Notes under the pieces: model-generated | Databases searched by the model: none | Told to the model about the DNA's origin: nothing | What the model saw: only the letters and a program-made list of their open reading frames with translations | Made by a program: the position numbers and the translations under genes | NCBI RefSeq assembly: GCF_000143415.4 | Contig: NW_003314398.1 | Coordinates: forward strand, 124,001-188,000 | DNA from: Selaginella moellendorffii | Taxonomy: Eukaryota > Plantae > Lycopodiophyta | DNA: 64,000 bases | Reading direction: 5' to 3' | Part shown: positions 57,485 through 64,000 of the stretch, piece by piece | Layout: every line of letters starts with the position of its first letter | How positions within the stretch are numbered: position 1 is the stretch's first letter

Positions 57485-60400
57485 CTAGCGTCCATTCATG
57501 AATGTGTCCGTTTCATCGGACGGTACAGCTTCGGGTGTGGTGCTCTCTTCGGGGATCACCGAAAAGAGCAAGAAAAATGCGCCTGTGTAGATACTTACGT
57601 GCCAGAGACTGAAACCAACAACACCATCAACAGATCTACAAAGAAAAGCTAGCTTTTTTCTTCTTACCTGTGCCAAATCCAATAGTTCCTCGCTGTTTCC
57701 TGTTTCCAGCATACTCCCGCGAATGCTACGATCATAACTCCGATTCCAACATACGCCCAGACAAACCTTTGCCGGAGCTTCTTCACGAACGCGCTCCTTT
57801 GGAGCTCCAAGCTATACAACCTGGAAAAACCATGGAAGGTTTCACACGCGCTTTAGTTTCTTGATCACGGGAGTTTCTCCTTGCTCACCTTATCAACTGC
57901 AACCGAAAGGGCTCGCATCGACGCAGCCTGTTTTGCCCCCACAGCTCCCACAACAGCCCGAGCAGAAGCACCGCCGCGCCAATTCCAATCACAAGGAGTG
58001 CGCTCCTGACACTGAACACCAAAGCCAGTTAGTTCTTAAAGTTGCTCAAACTTTGCGTCCTCTGGCACACCTTGTCCGATCTTTGTTCTTGGCAATGATG
58101 GCGGTGATGACCGCCGCAGCTACATGAAGCGTTGGTTTGGTAAGGCCAAGAACTTCCGCCAGATACAAGCACGTAAAGATCACGGCCAGGAAAGAGAGCC
58201 AGAAATCCAGGAACTGCAAGGCGAAAAGTTAGGAACTGTGAGCACATTTTTAAGCTCTTGGCTTGCCTGCAATGTGTCGTAGGACAGAGCACACCAGCCA
58301 CCAGCGTCACAAGAGTGATAGATTGCACTAGAGATGCCGCTGGCCGTGTATATGAGCCACTCGGACATAGCCTATGTGACGAGCTTTTCAGCACAAAATA
58401 AATTCCTAAAGCAGATGTATCGAGCACCTTTTGACGAAGAGCCCAGAAGCTTGGAAAAGCAGCTGCTGCATTCGAGCCGACTAGAGCAGCAATCTGCAAG
58501 GATCTCGCTGAAACACACCGTTAAGATCGAAATTTATGTTGCCAAGCAAATGTAGACAAAATAGATGACAATTACCTGAAAGACTCAAGAGTTTCTCCGA
58601 GCAATCAATCCCACCGTGTGTCCGGTCGCAGTTGCAGAAGCTGTAGCCCAACATCCGGTTAATGCATCACAAGAAGAAGGATTCTACCTGTAAAAACTCA
58701 AGCGACTGGCTTCGTATCTTGTGGTGCAAGATCCATGGTGCGAGCAAGAATCCACGCAGCCATGTAGATGCACCCGGAACTTGAGAGCCGCTTCAACAGC
58801 TAGAGAATGTCTCACACCGATAGACCACAATCCTTCCGCGGGGTACGTGACGTCGAAGGAGAGAGATTTGTTGTTCTTGGATGTGTGGCGAAAGTCCCAG
58901 CTTTCAAGCGTGGGATATCCTTTAAACCGAGCATAGGCCTCTATCAAACTTGCCTCGGGAAAGTGAACCTCGAAAGACAAAACTGATCCAGCTGCACCAT
59001 TTGGAACTTCCAGATTCAGATATAACCACCTCAACGTAGTATTTACAGCCTGCGCGTTTAATAACTTCCAAGAAAACCAGCCAGACTTGGTGCTAGTCTT
59101 CGTCGCTGGTAAAAAGCTTGAATCGAAAGGTGACTCGCTCGCCCTTGAAACAACTCTCTGTGAAGAAGAACTAAGATTAGTTTTCGACCATAAGAAACAA
59201 AGCTACCTCAAGCGGGATGGATGGCGAATTGCATCCAGCTCCACCGTATCCGGCCACACAATCCTGGATTCTCCAGAGTAGAGAAAAACACGAGTTTGAA
59301 CCGCCTGTAGAATTGTCACCCGTCACACCTATGTACCACGCACCTTTCATAGGCGCCTCGATAACTAACTGAGTCTGATTGCCTGTAGAAACGTCACTAA
59401 GTTGAGGAAGAGCTTCATGTCTGGCAGCAAGCTTCATATCGGACACGGCAGCGTCAGTGTCGACCCTGATCTCCAAAGATGACACCAAGTCCGGAATTTG
59501 AAGAAGGAAAAATGTCCACTCACCCCGAGCAACACAGTTCCCCAACAGAGTTCTCCACGAAGAAGTGTTACCAGAAGCTTGCGATGTTCCATTGGCAATC
59601 CTCTCCACACCCGATACAGAAAACTCGCTGGAAGAGGAAGACGAGAGAACATTCACGCTCCGGTTACAGACCTCTCCTGCAAAATTGTCTTTGCAGACCG
59701 AAACTGCAACTTGCGCTTCAAAGTTATAAGTTGGTCCCCGTGAAATCTGTGAACAACGCAAGCAAGATATTGTAAACAAAAGAGAAAGACAAGCATTTAT
59801 ATGCTGACGCTTTTCTTACCATTGTAGACTGAGTCCGATGGGGACTTGGATCACTAAATGTTCCAATATATAATACTCCAGAAACTATCTGGAAACGTCA
59901 AAGAAACATTGTCAATGGAAGCGTAGACAGAGCGTAGAACATTACCTGTTCGTTCGTCATGTTGATGTGAACGGACTCTTGGAATAAAGCGCATTTCCCT
60001 GTCGTGGAAACATTGCGTCTCTCCCCGGCCATCTTAATCGCTACCTCGAGGCTTTCCACTGTACCAACGATAAAAAGAGAAATCTACCAAAAGCTCGAAT
60101 TGATCGCTTCCTTACCAGGCCCCGATGGCAGTGGAAGGCCGCCGAATTGGAAACAAACAAGAGGTCCACTCCCCTTTTCTTGCAAAGAGACAAGGAAAAG
60201 TGGAAACTTGGCACGAAGTTCTCGGAAAAAATGCAATTTTTTCTACCTGGGACGTCCATCTCTTCTTGGTGAGGATGATAGAGAGTACGGAGAAAGACAC
60301 AGGAATCTCGGCTGCAGGAGAGAGAGAGAAAAAGATGGAGAGAAAGCATTGCAAATGATCTTCGTACCTCGAAAGTAGTCCCAGCCCGAGGGCCCGATGG

Positions 60401-60593
60401 TCCTATCGGGATAAAAGGCCGACAATGCGATGCGCGAACTGGAATTCGAATTCGAACTGGAGCTCGCAAGAACCCTAAGAACTCCCACTCGATCAGAACT
60501 TCCAGGAGCGCCAGCGCTGATCGCCTCCGCCGCGATTCCATGCATCCCCAGAATGTAGCCGCCGGCTAGCAGCATCAACAATCGCAGCGCCAT
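57485..60593 (-). CDS. TMEM8/DUF3522 membrane protein with EGF-like repeats (multi-exon)
   Basis: Signal peptide, Cys-rich EGF motifs (CSHHGSC; CNCDRTHGGIDC), SNAAA.FP..WAL, EWLIYTASGISSAIYHSCD, YWIWHS|LWH. Confidence 0.88.
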
Positions 60594-60809
60594 GGCCTGG
60601 CGCCTCCTCTTTCTTGCCCAGTTGCCCTCTTCTTCCCACTCTCTTCTTTCTCCCGAGCGCACAAACGAGGAGGAAGCTCCCTTGCTCCGCCACGTGGCGC
60701 ACATCCGACGGTCCTCGGTCTACATTGGCGGCTCCATCCAATTTTGTCTAAGAGCGAGCCAATTTGGTACTGCTTAAGCTGTCTGTGAGAGAGAGCTTCC
60801 CTTCCTCCC

Positions 60810-61479
60810 ATGGATCGTTTCATTAGGGTTCTAGCATTCTCCCTGGCGGCATTCGCGATCGCCGGCTACTGCCGCGATCTTCCAGTCTCGAGCACGATCG
60901 CCAGCTTTCTCAGCACCAATGGCCTCCCTGCGGGATTGTTCCCGACGGCAGGGATCGAGGTGAGCAAAAGCGAAAATTTTCCAGAATTTCCCTCTCGCTC
61001 AATCGCCGGCTTTGCTGTAGAAATTCGAGGTGCGCACGAATGGCACTTTCCTGGTGGAGCTGCGCGATGTGTGCCAGTCCAAGGAGCTGGACGAGCAGGG
61101 CCTGTTCTTCGATTCTCGAATCAGCGGGAGCTTTGGCCACGGCAAGATGTACGACATGTACGGGGTGTGGATTAGGAAGAGCTTCCACTGGCTGCCAGTC
61201 TCGAGCGTGGAGCTCGCCGATGGCACTCACGTAAGCTTCCAGGTCGGGATGTTCGAGCACAAGCTCCCGATCACCAGGTTCCAGGACGAGATCGTCTGTG
61301 ACAAGCGCACCACCGGGAATTTCAAGCAAGAAAGCAACGACACTAGCTCCTTCGAGGTAAGCAAGAGCTAGAAAGATCACAAGAGCCAGAAAAATCGATC
61401 TTTGAGTCGCGAGTGTCTAACTTCCGCCTTGCAGGACTACGTCTATGGTGTCTTCCGGCGAGCCTTTGGTGGGATCTGA
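60810..61479 (+). CDS. DUF538 family secreted protein; exons ~60810-60959, 61021-61356, 61435-61479
   Basis: Signal peptide, L...GLP.GLFP, G.F.V.L...C, ISG....GK...L.GV; third exon inferred from GTAAGC donor, CTAAC branch point and GCAG acceptor. Confidence 0.8.
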
Positions 61480-63742
61480 CGACCTTGGTGGTAGAAGCTA
61501 GCGACGAGATACAGATGTTTGCTAGAATCACATAACTTGCTCCGTGTTTTGGATCTAGATTCACCAGCTGCTCGGCAACTCGAGCGGCTCTTTCTCTCTC
61601 GCCCTGGCCCCGGCAAGCGTCGAGCAGGCACATAAGCTCCACCGCGTCAGGGACGAACGGCATGGCCTCGACAACATCCTCGGCATCTCGCAGGTATCCG
61701 GCGCTGGCGAGCAAGTGCACGACGCAGCAGTAGTGCTGCTTGACGGGCTCGAGGCCAAAGTCCCCGCTCATTGAGACGAAGCAGCTCAAGCCAGCGTCGA
61801 CTTTGGCTTGGTGGGAGTAAGCTATGAGAACCGGGACGAAGCAGATCTTGGTTGGCAGTGCGACCATCTTCATCCGATGGAACATCGCTACAACTTTGCA
61901 GCTGGAATCGCCGCCGTTGCAGCAGTGTGAGCTGATGATCCCGCTCCACGATGAAGCTCCGTGCTCCGGCATTTGCGAGAAGATCCTCTCCGCGCCTTCC
62001 AAGTCGCCGTTTTGCGAGTGTGCTGCCATGATGCAATTCCATGAAACTGTATCGTGGAAGGCCATTCTGTGAAACAGGATCTTAGATTCTTCGAGGTGTC
62101 CATTTGAGGCATATGCCCATACGAGGGTGGTAGCGGAGAAGAGATCCTTGTGAGGCAACGAATCAAACACCCTCTTTGTCTCGTCCAGATGCCCAAACTG
62201 GGCATAGGCCGCCAACAGCGAGTTAAACGAGCAGTCATCCCACTCGGGCATTTCATCAAACAAACACTTAGCTTCCTCAAAATGCCCATTTTGTGCATAG
62301 CCCACCAACATCGTGTTCCAAGTCACGAGATTCTTTTCCACCATATTGTCCACCATTGCAATTGCCCGACTAAGACACCCATTGTCAAAAAACGCGGCTA
62401 TGACTGCGTTTGTTGACGCTAAATCCTTGTGTGGCATGCTCTGGAAGACGTCAAACGCTTGTTTGATATGCCCGTTTCGGGCATACGAAGAAAGCATACA
62501 CGTCCACGAAATTAAATCTCGACTTGGCATCCTATCAAACGTATCCTTCGCAAAATCTACAAAACCGTACTCCCCGTACATGGAGATCATCTGCGTCCAC
62601 GACACCACATTGGGCCACGGCATGGATTCAAACAAAGATTTGGCCTGGAAGACATGCCCAATCTGGGCATAGCCGCCCAGCATGACATTCCACGTCAGCG
62701 TGTCCCAAGCCGGCATGTCGTGGAACAACCGACCAGCCCTGTCAATGTCGCCGGCGGAGACACACCCGGCCAGCATGGCATTCCACGTTGCCATGCTGGT
62801 TTCTGGCATCTCCCTGTGGATATACCTTGCGTTGCTTAGATGCCCTTTCGTGGCATATGCTGTGAGGATCGCCGTCCAGCTTACTGTGTTCCATTGTGGC
62901 ATAGCATCAAACGCACGCTTTGCGCTTGTGACGAGCCCTGTTTTGCAATACCCACCCAGCATAGTGTTGTAAGATATCAAGTTTCTATGGGGCATGGCAG
63001 CGAAGATCTTCTCGGCCTCTTTGATCTCTCCATTCCCGGCGTACGCAGCTAGCATTGCATTCCAGGCGACGAGATCCCACTCGGGCATTCCATCGAATGT
63101 GTGCTTGGATCCGCGAGAATCTCCATCGGCAGCAAATGCGGCGATCATCGACGTCCAGGTCTCAAGATCCCGCAGTGGAGCTGCGTGAAACAACGAAACA
63201 AATCTTTGTAGATCCTCACCGTGGGTGTATGCCGCGAACAGAGCATTCCAGGATGCCAGATCTCTCTCCGGCATCTCGTGGAAGATCTCCTCGGCCTTCG
63301 CGGCATGCCCCGCCCGGGCAAATGCCGCGATCATCGCGTTCCAGGCGATGGAATCCCTCTCGGGCATTTGCAAGAAGAGCTCCTCCGCATCCTCGATTCG
63401 CCCCCTCTCGGCAAGCGCGCACACCATGGCTGTCCACGACACAAGATTCTTGCAGGGCATCGACACAAACACGGCTTGCGCGCCATCGAGATCCCCGTGC
63501 CGAGCGTAGGCGCGCATCATCAGCACCCACGAGAAGGCATCCTTGCAGGGCATGGCGTCGAAGATCGCTCGCGCCTCGCGCACGCTCCCGCAGCGCCCAT
63601 ACATCTCGATGATCTTGTTGGGCACGAAGGTGTCAGTGGCGGCGGCCGTGGCGAGCTCCTGGAATGCGGCGTGGAGCTCCCTGGCCCTGGAGAGATCGTT
63701 GCAGCTCTGGATCAAGCCCACGCACTGAGCTCGATCGAGCAT
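61343..63742 (-). CDS. PLS-class PPR protein with many 31-aa short motifs and E domains, no DYW (RNA-editing factor type)
   Basis: Repeated A..F..MP..D..SW..M..AYA..G; HYCCVV.LL..AG.L..AE.....MPF.PD; ASYV.LANI. Confidence 0.93.
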   Translation of the reverse strand: MLDRAQCVGLIQSCNDLSRARELHAAFQELATAAATDTFVPNKIIEMYGRCGSVREARAIFDAMPCKDAFSWVLMMRAYARHGDLDGAQAVFVSMPCKNLVSWTAMVCALAERGRIEDAEELFLQMPERDSIAWNAMIAAFARAGHAAKAEEIFHEMPERDLASWNALFAAYTHGEDLQRFVSLFHAAPLRDLETWTSMIAAFAADGDSRGSKHTFDGMPEWDLVAWNAMLAAYAGNGEIKEAEKIFAAMPHRNLISYNTMLGGYCKTGLVTSAKRAFDAMPQWNTVSWTAILTAYATKGHLSNARYIHREMPETSMATWNAMLAGCVSAGDIDRAGRLFHDMPAWDTLTWNVMLGGYAQIGHVFQAKSLFESMPWPNVVSWTQMISMYGEYGFVDFAKDTFDRMPSRDLISWTCMLSSYARNGHIKQAFDVFQSMPHKDLASTNAVIAAFFDNGCLSRAIAMVDNMVEKNLVTWNTMLVGYAQNGHFEEAKCLFDEMPEWDDCSFNSLLAAYAQFGHLDETKRVFDSLPHKDLFSATTLVWAYASNGHLEESKILFHRMAFHDTVSWNCIMAAHSQNGDLEGAERIFSQMPEHGASSWSGIISSHCCNGGDSSCKVVAMFHRMKMVALPTKICFVPVLIAYSHQAKVDAGLSCFVSMSGDFGLEPVKQHYCCVVHLLASAGYLRDAEDVVEAMPFVPDAVELMCLLDACRGQGERERAARVAEQLVNLDPKHGASYVILANICISSLASTTKVVRSHQRLAGRHHRRSPARRKLDTRDSKIDFSGSCDLSSSCLPRRS

Positions 63743-63876
63743 AGGATAGCAAGCGTGCTCTGATCATGACAAAGAAAACCACGTCTTCCGAGGCATAGAA
63801 AGAAAGAAATCCCTTGATCCAATTCAATTCAAGGAGAATATAATTGTTTAAAGGAGAATGGGAGAACACACTCTTG

Positions 63877-64000
63877 TCATACCCCCTTCACGGGAGGGGT
63901 CTTCGATGGAGGCCTATACCCCTCGGCATTTCGGATAGCCACGGTAAATCGGCTCTCCACCTTCCGGATGACAATTGAGAGTACAATCAAAATCACAACT
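63877..64000 (-). CDS. 3' end of an unidentified, probably membrane-protein gene (partial)
   Basis: Open frame VVILIVLSIVIRKVESRFTVAIRNAEGYRPPSKTPPVKGV* running off the window. Confidence 0.45.
   Translation of the reverse strand, partial: VVILIVLSIVIRKVESRFTVAIRNAEGYRPPSKTPPVKGV

Noticed and set aside
63845-64000. Possible structured ncRNA at the window end
   Set aside because: Better explained as the 3' end of a minus-strand CDS

Overview
Compact land-plant nuclear DNA. Introns of about 50-70 nt, very short intergenic gaps, a PLS PPR made of short motifs and a nuclear mitochondrial-type rps14 point to a lycophyte such as Selaginella (inference). The window holds about 21 intact or partial protein genes: the DUR3 3' end, four NPF8/PTR transporters, a SOBIR1-like LRR-RLK, PLD-alpha, a GT34/XXT, an ALE2/extensin-clade RLK, IQM, FIGL1, CCDC25, a C2 protein, TOM2A, a Na+/H+ exchanger, two PPRs, rps14, a TMEM8/DUF3522 protein, a DUF538 protein and several uncharacterised genes, plus tRNA-Val(TAC). 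Two accessory zones stand out. At 9.1-16.2 kb lies a scrambled region with a three-copy orphan protein family, a Ku80 relic, a deleted tRNA copy and AT-rich repeats. At 20.8-33.8 kb lie three copies of one small Ty3/gypsy family with 174-bp LTRs, 4-bp TSDs, a tRNA-Ala PBS and a -1 frameshift site followed by a predicted pseudoknot; at least one copy demonstrably sits inside that AT-rich repeat. Other highlights: a templated, inverted NPF8 insertion flanked by a ~630-bp duplication, and co-oriented genes only 41-107 nt apart (candidate polycistronic or overlapping transcription). Exon boundaries were read by eye and gene names come from remembered motifs, not database searches.
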